DNA of 64,000 bases from an uncultured Methanosarcinales archaeon (GCA_964414985.1 CAYPXA010000002.1:87513-151512); one strand, 5' to 3'; positions 1 through 10,406 are shown, counted from the stretch's first letter. Notes: a model not told the origin generated them from the letters alone. Numbers and translations: made by a program.

Positions 1-9
1 GGAATAGTT

Positions 10-426
10 GTGATGAACTGGGGCAAGGCATACATTGAGCAGAAAGCTGAATTTACTGCAGGCCCGCAGGACGAGTCTGCATGCTCAATGATTGAATTCA
101 GCATAATCAAGGTTTCTGGAAAAGACAGGGTGTGCTACTCTCCTGATGCAGGCTACATTGAGGCTTTTATCGAGAATGGGCCTGATGCAAGACTTGACAA
201 CCTGAACATAAGGCTTGTCGGAAGCAGGGGTGTTGAGACCTTTGCATCAATACTTGACAGCCCTCTTGAAAGAGGCGCTTCACTTCACCTGAAGGCAGCA
301 TATCCATCGCAGATTGGGGAGCTGCATCAGATAAAGCTTATTCCAACAGTAAGCTCAAAAGGCCAGATAATCATCTGCAATTCCCATGAAAACATTTACG
401 AGAGCATTCCGCTCTGCTTAGAATAA
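10..426 (+). CDS. hypothetical protein (5' end may lie upstream of window; GTG/ATG start ambiguous)
   Basis: 138-aa ORF with no stop in frame back to window edge; no recognisable motif. Confidence 0.35.
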   Translation: MMNWGKAYIEQKAEFTAGPQDESACSMIEFSIIKVSGKDRVCYSPDAGYIEAFIENGPDARLDNLNIRLVGSRGVETFASILDSPLERGASLHLKAAYPSQIGELHQIKLIPTVSSKGQIIICNSHENIYESIPLCLE

Positions 427-474
427 TTTTTCTGCAGTTTTTTATTCTGTTTTATCCTCTATTTATCAGGTTTA

Positions 475-3400
475 TCAGATTCTTACAAGGATAATTGCAT
501 CTGCAATATCCTCATCATTCCAGCCTTTCCTGATTATTGCAGGAATCAGCCTGTAAAGAAGAACATTCTTTGCAGACTCCTTCTCAATGTATGAGGCAAG
601 CACTGCAATCTCTCTTGAGCTCTTGTGCTTTTTGGAAGACATAATCTTCCTGTAATCAGCATCCTCTTTTGCTTCGCGCATTGCTTCGCCTATCGATTTT
701 TCAGACCAGCCCACTTTGGAGATGTGCTTGAGGATTATTGAAATTCTGAATCCTCTCCTGACTTCGGTTGTTATGTAATTTTTGAGAAGCTCAATTTTCT
801 CTCCGTGCACTGACTCATCATGGGCTTTTTCATGGTGCAGGTATGCCATGTCAAAGTGATGCATCCATTCAGGAAGCTCTTTTACTCCAAACAAAGACCT
901 TATTCCGAGCTCGTTTCTCAGCCAGAGCTCAAACATAAGCCCGAAAAGGCCTGCGCCATAGAACAATATTGTTACTGCCATGAACACAAGCAGCGAAAGG
1001 CTGATGAAAGGGTTTGCTTCTCCGTTTAAGGAAATTGTTGACGAGTAAAATGATATCACGCTTGTGAAAAAGATAAAGATATAATTGAAGAAGAATGCAA
1101 ATGATGCAATGATTGATGCTGAAGTAATAGCTTTTTTCATGAAAGGAGCAATGCTCATGGCAATGTAAGACAAAATGCCTGCAGCTGCAGATGCTGCTAA
1201 AACCATTTCCAGGTTGGGGAGTACAGCAATGTTGTTTGTCAGTATGTCTACTCCCATCAATCCTTTCAGGTAGATTCCTTTTATTGTGAATGCGCTTGCA
1301 AGCGCAAATGAAGTGAATGAAGCAGCAAACACTGAAACAGTAATTTTTGAAAATTCAATCTTTGGCACTGCTGATGAAGGCAGCTTCCTGTTTCTGTAAA
1401 GGTGGGCCCATACTACTGCAGGAAGCGCAAGAAGCGCAACAATTGCAATTATGTTGAGGGCATAAACTCCGAACAGCACTGCTGAATGCGCAAAGCCCAT
1501 TCCTGCAATTCCCTCTGAAAACAGTGATGTTCCGTTTGGAGGAAGCCCGACAAGCTGCCTTGCCCATCCGAAAATATTGAAGATGGGGATGTGGCCTTCC
1601 TGCCAGCTTGCAAAATAGACTGGGTTGTAAATTCCCAGGACATAAGGCACTATGAAAATTCCGATGGCTGTAAGAGTGTGCAGGATAAGCATTCCTGAAA
1701 TTCCTACCAGAATTGTCTTCCTGTTGTGGAAAAGCTCGACAAATTCTTCATAGAACCTTTCTCCGAGATTGCCTATCTTGTAGACTGTCTTCACAAGCCA
1801 GTGCTTCTGCCTGTGCTTGATAAGCACGAAAAGATAGAACACTATTGCTGCAGTAAGAAGCGATGCATCCACTGCAAGCGCAAGCCATTCCATCATAAGG
1901 TTGAAGACTACTATGAAGAAGAACAAAAGCCCGAGGAAGACAACAACAGCCCTTACAGCCTTCTTGGATATGCTTTCCAGGCTTCCGAATTCGCCCAATG
2001 CTCCCAGGAAGCTCTTCCTGCTTATAGGAGAGGCTGCTGCAATCCATGCAGAGACTGCAAGAAGAATTGCTATGCCTGCAATAAACAAAGTGCTTTCAAA
2101 GAAGTATGCATTGTTTGCTATGAGTATGTACATGTCCTTCATGAATCCTGCGTGCAGGAATTCTGTTTCTGCAATCTTTGACAGGTTCTTCATCATAAGC
2201 ATGAAATATGCAGCGAGAAGCAGGCAGTCAACTTTTGCAGACCTGTTTCCGAAGAGAACCCTTGTTATGCTTGCCTTGAAAAGTATGTAGCCTATGATTG
2301 TCCAGGACACAACAACTTTGGCAAATGAGACTTCTCCTGGAAGAAGTTTCAGGAAGTCAAGCAGATTCAGAAGTATAAGCAGAAGGACTATGAGCTCCTC
2401 AATGTCAATCTCCATCTTTGTGAAAATCAGCCTTGGCAGGCTTGAGCTGAACTTGAGTATGTCTTTTATTGCATTTGTAGCGTATTTTCCCTGCTTAAGG
2501 TATTCTGCAAGAACTTCATCCCTGAACCCCTGCCTTCTCTTTTTTCTTGCCCATGCAATTGCATGATTAAGCGATTGGACCTTTTCCTTCTGCTCATAGC
2601 CGTAAGCAGAAAAGAATGTGATTGTGAATATTATTATTGGAATCAGCAGAAGAGGGATTATTGCGTTTGCAAGCTTTGCTTTAGCTGTTTTCAGAAGTAT
2701 CTGGTGCGCCAACGGAAGGACATTAATCTGGTTTGTGCAGTTCTCGTCTGCAACTTTTTTTATCAGGTAGTTGATTTCATCGTCTGATGAGAGAGTGTCA
2801 AAGTGCCACTTGATTAATGGGTCTTCATTTATTATCTCGAACTCAATGTCAGACTCAATCATCTCCTTCTTGAGTATTTCGACAAGGCATTTGGGGATTT
2901 CAGCAAAGATTGATACATTGTAGAGTATTACTCCTTCCTTCAAGTCCAGGTTTATTGCCAGCGCTGTCTGGTTTTTCTCAAAGTCTGACTGGGTTTTTGT
3001 GGTTATGTTGATGACTTCTGCAGTTTGCTGCGTTATTTTTTCAATATCCTTTTGGACTTCGCTTAATTCTGCTTCTGAAAGGTTTCTTGGAATGATTTCA
3101 ACCAGAATCTGGCTTATCTCGAACTCGCTCAAAGGCTTGTTTATTATGTAGCTGACTGTTGCAGTGCTTCCTGTTTCTATATCTGCTATCATAAACCCAA
3201 TCACAGGGTCTTCTTCAAAGACTGTAAACTGGTCGACAGCAATTATTTCTGAAGCGCTCAGCGCAACATTCTTTGGAATGACTACTTTTATGACTACATC
3301 CTCAAGATTGTAGAATCCTATGTTCTTTATCTCTTCTGCAACCCTCGTTTTGTCTCCTGAAACATAGAACTTTCTTGTGTGCTTTACCTTTGTGTTCATT

Positions 3401-6400
3401 ATTCCAGCAATCACGCTTTCAGGATTGTTCTTTCTTGTTTGCTGCTGGAAAATTCCAGGCGTATTTTGTTGAGGCTGAGTTGTTGAGGGAGGAATATCAC
3501 TTTGGGGTGTTGTGTCAATATTTTCATTTATCACTCCCTGTTCGACAAGCTCTTCAGCCTCTTCTGTTGTCAGGCCTCCGCTGCTTCCTCCTGAGCTAGG
3601 CTTATATCCTACAGACAGCGAAACTGATGGAGAATATCCTTTTGCCATTGAGTCGTCTGCGCTGAATGTTACTGATTCAGAGACTCCGCTAAGCTCTGCT
3701 GAATTTGGAGTGATTCTTGCAATGCCTGCTGTCTGGTTTATGATTACATTAAAGTGTGATGCTGATGATGCGTTGAACAGCAAAGCCTGACTGTCTTCGT
3801 CATAGAAATGCTTTGTCAGGTTTATCTCAACAGAAGAAACACTGCCATACTCCCACGAGTATGAGTTTGTGAAATTTGTTGAGTTGAATTTTGGGATTCT
3901 GTCAATTGTTATGTTTGACGACTGGATTAAGCCAGACTTTCCGTTATTGTCATATGCATAGCAGCTGATGTTTACATTCCTCTGGGCTGGAAGCGATGAC
4001 ACATTCCATTTGCCTTTTTCAGAAACAAGGTATGCCCTGTCGATGTATGTTGCTGCAGTGCCTGACGCCTGTGACTTAATCTGGAATTGGTTTTCTCCCT
4101 GTGCAAGCGTTATGTTTGTGCAGTAAGTTGAAACTGAGGATGACAGGCTTATTGTGCTGCTGTCTGTGCAGATTCCGTCATTCTCATTCTGGCCTGAGAA
4201 TGATGAAGAGCAGTTCCAGCCAAACCTAATTTGAGGAGTGCTTCCGGTTCCGTAGCCTTTTGCGCAGAAAGAATACTCTCCTGCAGGAACATTTATTGAG
4301 AAGTGGGCGTATTTGTATATGGAATTATCTCTTATTATTGCATTCTCATAAACCCCATCATCATAAGCAAGCTCATAGTCATTTGGAATCTGGTCGCCTG
4401 CAAAGTCCTGCTTGAGAACTCTCCACGCTTTTGACGAGCTGTCGTTGTAGTATGCAGTAATGTTGTAGTAAAACTCATCAAGCCTTGTATTGTTTGAGCC
4501 AGAGCAGTAATACTCTATTTCGTACTCGTACAGATTGCTGCCTGCAGGGCTTATTTCTGTTGGAGCAGTTGGAGCTCTGCTGATGTTTGCAAATCCTGAA
4601 TAATTTAGCAATGAGTAATAAGTTCCGTTGAAAGCCCTGCAAGAAATGTTTATGTCCTGCTCTGGAAGAGCGCTTACATCCCATGTGAAAATTTGGTTTG
4701 CAGTTAATGAGTCATTCAATACATTCCAGCTGTATGCTGAAACCGGGCCTGTTTTGTAGTATGCATAAGCCTGGTAGGTTAGTGTTCCTGCTCCTGTGCT
4801 TCCGTTGCAGGAAACGTTTATTTCAGTGTCAAATGCTCCTGATGAAGGATAGACATTTGGAACTGAAGGAGTGTTTGAGTTCTGCACTGAAATGTTTTCT
4901 GCAGAGAAATATCCTGAATCAGCATTAATTCCGTCTTTTGCATTGCATCTTAGGCTAATCCCAGTCTGGTTCTGTATTAAATCAGTATTCCATGTGAAAT
5001 TTCCAAATCCTTTGTCTCCTTCTGATGCATTGGCCTCTGCAATTATCTTCCATTTGCTTCCGTCCCAGTCATTGTAGTATGCCTCAATTGAATATGTGAA
5101 GTTGCTGTCTGAGTCGTTTGCACCAGAGCAGTTTATGCTTACAGGGCTTGAAAATATTTGATTGCTGCAGACTCCTCCGTTGCACGTCATGTTTGTCGGA
5201 GGGTTCGGAGACCCTGGGTGGATGATTTGGATGTCATCATAATTTGATGAGCTTGCTTTGTTTTGAGATAAGGTTATTCCATCTGAAACTATGCAATGGA
5301 TTACTAACTGGATACCTGAGCCTAATTCTGAAACATCCCAAGTGTAATTTCCATTTGTAGTATTAACTATGCTTATTTTTGGGCCTCTGTTATTTTTAAG
5401 TTCATAACTCAAAACATAAGTCAAATTATCTCCGTCGTTATCAGTGCTTCCTGAGCAGCTGATGTTTATCTCATTGTCAAATGTGCCTGATGCAGGGGTC
5501 AATGTTGTTGGAGTTGTTGGAGCAGAATTGTTTACAACAAAGTTCCACGCAGAAGCCTGCTTTGCATTGCTCTGGTTGTTTGTGCACGACACGCTCCAAT
5601 TGTAATTTCCTTTTGGCAAACTCATTCCAGGAAACTGGATAAGATCGTTTGTGAATCTGACCATGTATTGGGAGGTTGCATCGCTTCCGATTGCATAATA
5701 ATTAATTGCATTGTAATTTTTATCTTCAAAGGTTATATTGTTTATTCCGGTTACAAGATAGCTTGAATTCACTATTTTTGAAATCCAAGAATGTGATGTT
5801 TGAACTTCACTGGGAGTTATGTTGAATACATTATGATTATTTATGTAGACTACAAGTGGACCTGCAGCACCTCCGGATGACTGCTTAGCATAAACTTTAA
5901 ACCCAGTATATTGTGTTGAAGACAATGAAAGCTGTTCAGTTATATTTGCGCTTGCTGTGAGGATTGTTTCTCCAGTCCTTGTCCCACTGTCATTCTTTGC
6001 TTCTCCAGCGCCTCCAACAGACGGATTCTGGACTGTTGCATTTGATGTTCCATTTATGTAGAGGGTGCAGTTGTTAATGCTGAAGTCATCGCTAACAATT
6101 GCCTTGAACTCAATTGAGGTGTTTGAATAAAAGCCTGACATTCCGTTTGCAGGGAATGAAAGGTTTACTTCAGGCAAAGGAAGAACATTAATTGTAACAT
6201 TCGTAGAGTTTGTTGCGTTCAAATCATCTATTGCTGTTATTGTTACGTTTCTTTGCCCATAAAAATCAGCATTGGGAGTTATATTCATTATGCCCGTATT
6301 GTTGTTTATGCTTATTGTAATGTTTGCAGCAGAGCTATAATTCCATTTTAGAGTTTGCGACAAATAATCAGGCTCTTCAAAGTAAGGGCTAAGGTTGAAT

Positions 6401-6882
6401 ACATCCATAACATCCTCATCAATAGCTATGGGGGGGATTGACTGCACAATTTGCGGATTCCTGTTGGGGATGGTTATATTGTTTGTTGCATTCAGCCATG
6501 CAAAGCTTGTACTGTTGCAGCTTACGTTATAGGAATGGTTTCCGACGAATGCAAACAATCCTCTCTTGTAAAGCCCTTCTGTTGAGTTGAAATCCATGCT
6601 TCCTTTAAGCACATTGTCAAGGTACAATGAGCAGCTTCCATCAGATATTGCATTGCCTGATGTTGCGTTTGTGTAGTTTGCATAGAAGTAAGTTACTGTT
6701 GTTTCATAGACATTCCTGAATTCTGATGAGTCAAATATTGTCATGTTTGTCTGGCCTATCTGGACAGAAACAGAGGCAAAGACTCCTGCAGCTGCAGCTA
6801 TCAGAATCAGCATCATTATTGCAATATTCCTCAAGCTACTTAATTTTCTCATCTTTTGAATAAGCTTCTGCGAGAGCAGCAA
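475..6882 (-). CDS. giant (about 2135 aa) cell-surface protein: signal/anchor, sequon-rich (NxS/T) beta-rich ectodomain, Thr/Pro/Gln linker, C-terminal polytopic membrane domain (at least 12 predicted TM helices)
   Basis: Uninterrupted 6.4-kb ORF; N-terminal hydrophobic h-region; dozens of N-glycosylation sequons; GSSGG and TTPQ linker; multiple hydrophobic helices in last ~700 aa. Confidence 0.7.
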   Translation of the reverse strand: MLLSQKLIQKMRKLSSLRNIAIMMLILIAAAAGVFASVSVQIGQTNMTIFDSSEFRNVYETTVTYFYANYTNATSGNAISDGSCSLYLDNVLKGSMDFNSTEGLYKRGLFAFVGNHSYNVSCNSTSFAWLNATNNITIPNRNPQIVQSIPPIAIDEDVMDVFNLSPYFEEPDYLSQTLKWNYSSAANITISINNNTGIMNITPNADFYGQRNVTITAIDDLNATNSTNVTINVLPLPEVNLSFPANGMSGFYSNTSIEFKAIVSDDFSINNCTLYINGTSNATVQNPSVGGAGEAKNDSGTRTGETILTASANITEQLSLSSTQYTGFKVYAKQSSGGAAGPLVVYINNHNVFNITPSEVQTSHSWISKIVNSSYLVTGINNITFEDKNYNAINYYAIGSDATSQYMVRFTNDLIQFPGMSLPKGNYNWSVSCTNNQSNAKQASAWNFVVNNSAPTTPTTLTPASGTFDNEINISCSGSTDNDGDNLTYVLSYELKNNRGPKISIVNTTNGNYTWDVSELGSGIQLVIHCIVSDGITLSQNKASSSNYDDIQIIHPGSPNPPTNMTCNGGVCSNQIFSSPVSINCSGANDSDSNFTYSIEAYYNDWDGSKWKIIAEANASEGDKGFGNFTWNTDLIQNQTGISLRCNAKDGINADSGYFSAENISVQNSNTPSVPNVYPSSGAFDTEINVSCNGSTGAGTLTYQAYAYYKTGPVSAYSWNVLNDSLTANQIFTWDVSALPEQDINISCRAFNGTYYSLLNYSGFANISRAPTAPTEISPAGSNLYEYEIEYYCSGSNNTRLDEFYYNITAYYNDSSSKAWRVLKQDFAGDQIPNDYELAYDDGVYENAIIRDNSIYKYAHFSINVPAGEYSFCAKGYGTGSTPQIRFGWNCSSSFSGQNENDGICTDSSTISLSSSVSTYCTNITLAQGENQFQIKSQASGTAATYIDRAYLVSEKGKWNVSSLPAQRNVNISCYAYDNNGKSGLIQSSNITIDRIPKFNSTNFTNSYSWEYGSVSSVEINLTKHFYDEDSQALLFNASSASHFNVIINQTAGIARITPNSAELSGVSESVTFSADDSMAKGYSPSVSLSVGYKPSSGGSSGGLTTEEAEELVEQGVINENIDTTPQSDIPPSTTQPQQNTPGIFQQQTRKNNPESVIAGIMNTKVKHTRKFYVSGDKTRVAEEIKNIGFYNLEDVVIKVVIPKNVALSASEIIAVDQFTVFEEDPVIGFMIADIETGSTATVSYIINKPLSEFEISQILVEIIPRNLSEAELSEVQKDIEKITQQTAEVINITTKTQSDFEKNQTALAINLDLKEGVILYNVSIFAEIPKCLVEILKKEMIESDIEFEIINEDPLIKWHFDTLSSDDEINYLIKKVADENCTNQINVLPLAHQILLKTAKAKLANAIIPLLLIPIIIFTITFFSAYGYEQKEKVQSLNHAIAWARKKRRQGFRDEVLAEYLKQGKYATNAIKDILKFSSSLPRLIFTKMEIDIEELIVLLLILLNLLDFLKLLPGEVSFAKVVVSWTIIGYILFKASITRVLFGNRSAKVDCLLLAAYFMLMMKNLSKIAETEFLHAGFMKDMYILIANNAYFFESTLFIAGIAILLAVSAWIAAASPISRKSFLGALGEFGSLESISKKAVRAVVVFLGLLFFFIVVFNLMMEWLALAVDASLLTAAIVFYLFVLIKHRQKHWLVKTVYKIGNLGERFYEEFVELFHNRKTILVGISGMLILHTLTAIGIFIVPYVLGIYNPVYFASWQEGHIPIFNIFGWARQLVGLPPNGTSLFSEGIAGMGFAHSAVLFGVYALNIIAIVALLALPAVVWAHLYRNRKLPSSAVPKIEFSKITVSVFAASFTSFALASAFTIKGIYLKGLMGVDILTNNIAVLPNLEMVLAASAAAGILSYIAMSIAPFMKKAITSASIIASFAFFFNYIFIFFTSVISFYSSTISLNGEANPFISLSLLVFMAVTILFYGAGLFGLMFELWLRNELGIRSLFGVKELPEWMHHFDMAYLHHEKAHDESVHGEKIELLKNYITTEVRRGFRISIILKHISKVGWSEKSIGEAMREAKEDADYRKIMSSKKHKSSREIAVLASYIEKESAKNVLLYRLIPAIIRKGWNDEDIADAIILVRI

Positions 6883-7096
6883 ACCCCTTGGCTTTTTTGC
6901 TTTCTGTTAATTGAGCAATGCTTGCAGAGCCGACCTGAATAAGGCTGATTACTCCTTCTTTGCTTAGTTCGTGTATTGTCCTGTAAGCTGCATTATAGCT
7001 TAGCTGAGCGTTCTTAGAAAGCTGCAGTATAGTAATAGGCCTGCTTCTGCTTTTGGCAAGTATTTCGACGATTTTGACTGCAAATCTTAGATTCAT
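6836..7096 (-). CDS. small winged-helix (HTH) transcriptional regulator
   Basis: 86 aa; ITILQLSKNAQLSYNAAYRTIHELSKEGVISL resembles wHTH recognition helix; overlaps 5' end of giant surface gene; promoter with direct repeats upstream. Confidence 0.5.
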   Translation of the reverse strand: MNLRFAVKIVEILAKSRSRPITILQLSKNAQLSYNAAYRTIHELSKEGVISLIQVGSASIAQLTESKKAKGFAALAEAYSKDEKIK

Positions 7097-7195
7097 TTGT
7101 TATCTATATTTAGTTAGCTTATTACTTTATTTAATTAATTGTATCTATATTTAGATAATGGGTATATAAGCGTTTCGGTAATCTCTAACTCCTGC
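7097..7195 (-). promoter_or_regulatory. promoter/operator region: AT-rich TATA-like element (7127-7140) flanked by two perfect 13-bp direct repeats TATCTATATTTAG (7101-7113, 7142-7154)
   Basis: Repeats read directly from sequence; positioned about -30 relative to regulator ATG consistent with leaderless archaeal promoter. Confidence 0.5.
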
Positions 7196-7924
7196 TTAAA
7201 TCAACTCTTTGAATGAGCCGTTTTTGTCTATTGTTAGAACGCCATCTTCCATTTGAATTTTATGCACGCCTTTTACAGATCTGAGAAAAACATGATTATC
7301 TTTTATTTTTAGCAGCTCGCTTGAAAAATAGTTGATATCATTGAATTCAAGCTCTTGGCATCGGGGTTCATCATTTCTATATATCTGGAGGTATGTTGTT
7401 TTTCTGCCTCGTACTTCAATTTCTGTATCTTGCCATAAAAACGAGTCTTGCAGGTTTATGCATGAGGACCATCCCATATTTATTTCAAAAGGTTTGACAT
7501 TATTAATTATTTTTTGGATGAACTTAAGAGTCTCTTTTTTTATCATGCCTAATTCCTTTTTATTGTGCTTGTTATTATACCAATAATCATCCCTGAGCCG
7601 AATTACCCAAAAATTACCTGCTTTGTTAAAGCTGAGGCTCCAATCATATAAGGTATTATAATATGGGCTAAAAATTGTATGTGCTGGGTGAATGTATTCA
7701 AAATTTGTTTTAGCAGATTTCCAACTAACCTTTAAAGATTCAATCTTTTTTAGCTCTTTTATTATACTTTCTTCAATTAATTGGGGATTTTGGGAATAGG
7801 AAGTTAGGTACACTTTTAGGAAATCTTTACTTGCTTCCAAAAATCTTTTAATGTACTTTTTATCTTTATGAACATAAATTTCAATTGTTGCCCACTTATT
7901 TTTTTGGTCACTCATTTTAATCAA
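7196..7924 (-). CDS. hypothetical protein, AT-rich; candidate immunity protein for upstream secreted toxin-like protein
   Basis: 242-aa ORF; start overlaps stop of upstream 829-aa gene (8-nt overlap); visibly lower GC than flanking genes; no signal peptide. Confidence 0.5.
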   Translation of the reverse strand: MIKMSDQKNKWATIEIYVHKDKKYIKRFLEASKDFLKVYLTSYSQNPQLIEESIIKELKKIESLKVSWKSAKTNFEYIHPAHTIFSPYYNTLYDWSLSFNKAGNFWVIRLRDDYWYNNKHNKKELGMIKKETLKFIQKIINNVKPFEINMGWSSCINLQDSFLWQDTEIEVRGRKTTYLQIYRNDEPRCQELEFNDINYFSSELLKIKDNHVFLRSVKGVHKIQMEDGVLTIDKNGSFKELI

Positions 7925-10406
7925 TTCCTATGAATATTGTTTTAACCTCAAGTTTTTCAGAAGCATCTTCTAACATTTTTTGAAATTGGATACCCTCAAA
8001 TTTTTTTGAAAGAGCTTCATTCGGCAAAGTATATACTATCTCATCAATTTCCATAAGATAAAATGGTTCGCCATAATCATTTATTAATCTTTTCTTAAAA
8101 TGTTTTCTAAATTTTATTATGTTCTGGGTTACATGCTCCTCGATCCAATTTTCAGGTATAAACCCAAATTTGTTCATGTTTGCTACGCTGAGGCTTTTAC
8201 TTTCAATCCCGATTATTTTATCTCCTTCTGTGGCTAGGCTGTCAAACTGAAATACAGTTTCTCCTTTTTTTCCGTTTTCTAATGCTTCATAAAAATTGGT
8301 TTCCATATGAGTTATCTTTATATTTTTGGATTTTGAGGCTATTATTGCTCCTTTAACTTCAGCAATAATTTCATCAGAATAACTATTTTCTAATTTTTGT
8401 ATTGTCTTTTCTATACCTTTTGCATCTTTTAAATATTTTGAAATATCATTTGCGAGTTGTGCATTTATTTTTTTTATTTTTTTTAGATTTAAAGCATCTC
8501 CTGCATTGTCTGCAATCCTTCCTGCCTTGAACATTCCTGCGCTTAAAACTGGAGTTGCCATGAATGCAATATCTGCAAGGCAGGCTCCCCATCTTATTTC
8601 CTTATCCGAGAATATTCCGCAGTCTTCAACTGCCCAGTATGCATCAGTTATTGTGTCTGTTCCAGGCATTATACCTGTAAAAACTGCTTTCCTTAAAACT
8701 GTATTAGACCCTCCAAGAATCCCAGTCAGTATTTCTGTCGCAGTCTTCTTCATTTGGACAAAAAAGCCGGGCTTTTCTTCCAGCTCTTCTGAAACAACTT
8801 CAATTTCTGCTACTGTGCCTTTTCCGCTGAAATAAAGCGGCTTAATTCCCTCAAACTTATTGAAGTCATAGAGGTTGTACCTCATGGAGGTGTGGCGTGC
8901 AATAACCCATCCTCCTTCATTGTAGTTTATGTTTTCAACATTTGCTTTGACTTCAGACTCAATTTCCCCTGTTTCAGAATTGAATTCAAGTATGCTATTT
9001 CCGGTTATTACAAAAACTGTGCCTATCCCGGGCTTTATCCTTTTAATTCCATAAGGAATCTCTTTCTCCCATACTACGCTATTGTTGTTTATTATTGACT
9101 TTTTTGACAGGAGGGGGGTATATTCTATATTTTTTATGCTTGTGTAGTAATGCTCAAAGTCAGGGTCATATCTTGCTCCAAAGGAGGGGTCATCTAATAA
9201 CTGGTTATACTTTTTGAGAATTGCTTTTGAAACTAATTCTCCAGTTGCAAGGTCATATACCTCAACCCATTTTTCGCCGTATCCTGCATCAATTCCGCAC
9301 ATAAACCTGGCGTAGTCTTCATAGCTGTCAAAAGGTTCGCAGAGGTAGCTGCTGGTTATAACATAAGAATTGCCGGTCTCTTTTTCAATTATTTCATAGT
9401 TGGATTCAAACAATCCTTTTGAGGTTTCCTCTGAAGGGTTGAGTATTACAAGAAAATTGTCTGTCTGCTCAAATACAAACATTGTTTCAGAAATCACTCT
9501 TCTTTCAAAAGTGCGGAGTTCCCACAGTTTTTCTCCGCTATGCGACACTTTAAGCAATCCTGCAGACTGGTGCTCTCCGTTGTAATAAGGGATATTCAGG
9601 TATACTGCATTTTTGTCCGCCAGAATCAATCCAGCTTCATACTGTTCAGGAGTGTTAGTCTCAATTATCCAATCTGTTTTTTCAGAGCAAATATCAATAG
9701 ATGCCAGCTCATTCCCTGTAAAAACATAGGCTTTGCCATTATAATAAATGCTGGAAGTAAAATCTTTTGACTTGATTCCTTCATTTTCAAGTATTTGCTT
9801 TAAGTCGACAACTTTTTTTTCAGAAGTGGCTATATCCTCTTCAGCATAAACAGTGGGGGATTCAATATATTTTATCTTGCCTTCTTCAATGAAATATTTT
9901 GAGTTCCCCTCAAGCTCAAACTGGTTTACAAATCCTTTTTCCCTGCCTTTATGCTGATACCCAAATCCAAGGCTTTTTTCATAGAGAAGGTCTGAAGGGT
10001 AATCTGCTGTGGCATATTCCAGGAAATTGTCCAGCCCGCTGCTGCAGGCTGCGCAAAGAACTTTAAGGCTGCTTAGCCAGCATTGGCTTTTGCCATCTTT
10101 AATAAACAGCTGGCCGAATTTCTTATTTATTTCTCCTTGTGTGAGATTGTTGAATGCTGCCAGCCTGTTGCTAAATTTTTGGTATGTTAATGTGCAGTTT
10201 GAGTTTCCATCTGAATAATAAACAGCATAATGCTTACTTGGGTCTTTAGGCTCATATACTGTTTTCTCATCTGTCTTTATAAAGCCGAAATTTGTAAGGC
10301 TGCTGCTTTCAAATTCATCTATCAACCCTATGCTTCCTGGAGGAATTGCTGAGAAAACAAGTATGATTATCAGCAGTAGTGCTGCGTTTTTTCCTGAAAC
10401 CCCCAT
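7917..10406 (-). CDS. secreted 829-aa protein with beta-propeller-like body and compositionally distinct C-terminal module (candidate polymorphic toxin)
   Basis: N-terminal signal peptide MGVSGKNAALLLIIILVFSAIPPGSIG; C-terminal ~230 aa (approx 7917-8620) much more AT-rich than rest; PGTD/TG-containing segment before C-terminal module. Confidence 0.65.
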   Translation of the reverse strand: MGVSGKNAALLLIIILVFSAIPPGSIGLIDEFESSSLTNFGFIKTDEKTVYEPKDPSKHYAVYYSDGNSNCTLTYQKFSNRLAAFNNLTQGEINKKFGQLFIKDGKSQCWLSSLKVLCAACSSGLDNFLEYATADYPSDLLYEKSLGFGYQHKGREKGFVNQFELEGNSKYFIEEGKIKYIESPTVYAEEDIATSEKKVVDLKQILENEGIKSKDFTSSIYYNGKAYVFTGNELASIDICSEKTDWIIETNTPEQYEAGLILADKNAVYLNIPYYNGEHQSAGLLKVSHSGEKLWELRTFERRVISETMFVFEQTDNFLVILNPSEETSKGLFESNYEIIEKETGNSYVITSSYLCEPFDSYEDYARFMCGIDAGYGEKWVEVYDLATGELVSKAILKKYNQLLDDPSFGARYDPDFEHYYTSIKNIEYTPLLSKKSIINNNSVVWEKEIPYGIKRIKPGIGTVFVITGNSILEFNSETGEIESEVKANVENINYNEGGWVIARHTSMRYNLYDFNKFEGIKPLYFSGKGTVAEIEVVSEELEEKPGFFVQMKKTATEILTGILGGSNTVLRKAVFTGIMPGTDTITDAYWAVEDCGIFSDKEIRWGACLADIAFMATPVLSAGMFKAGRIADNAGDALNLKKIKKINAQLANDISKYLKDAKGIEKTIQKLENSYSDEIIAEVKGAIIASKSKNIKITHMETNFYEALENGKKGETVFQFDSLATEGDKIIGIESKSLSVANMNKFGFIPENWIEEHVTQNIIKFRKHFKKRLINDYGEPFYLMEIDEIVYTLPNEALSKKFEGIQFQKMLEDASEKLEVKTIFIGID

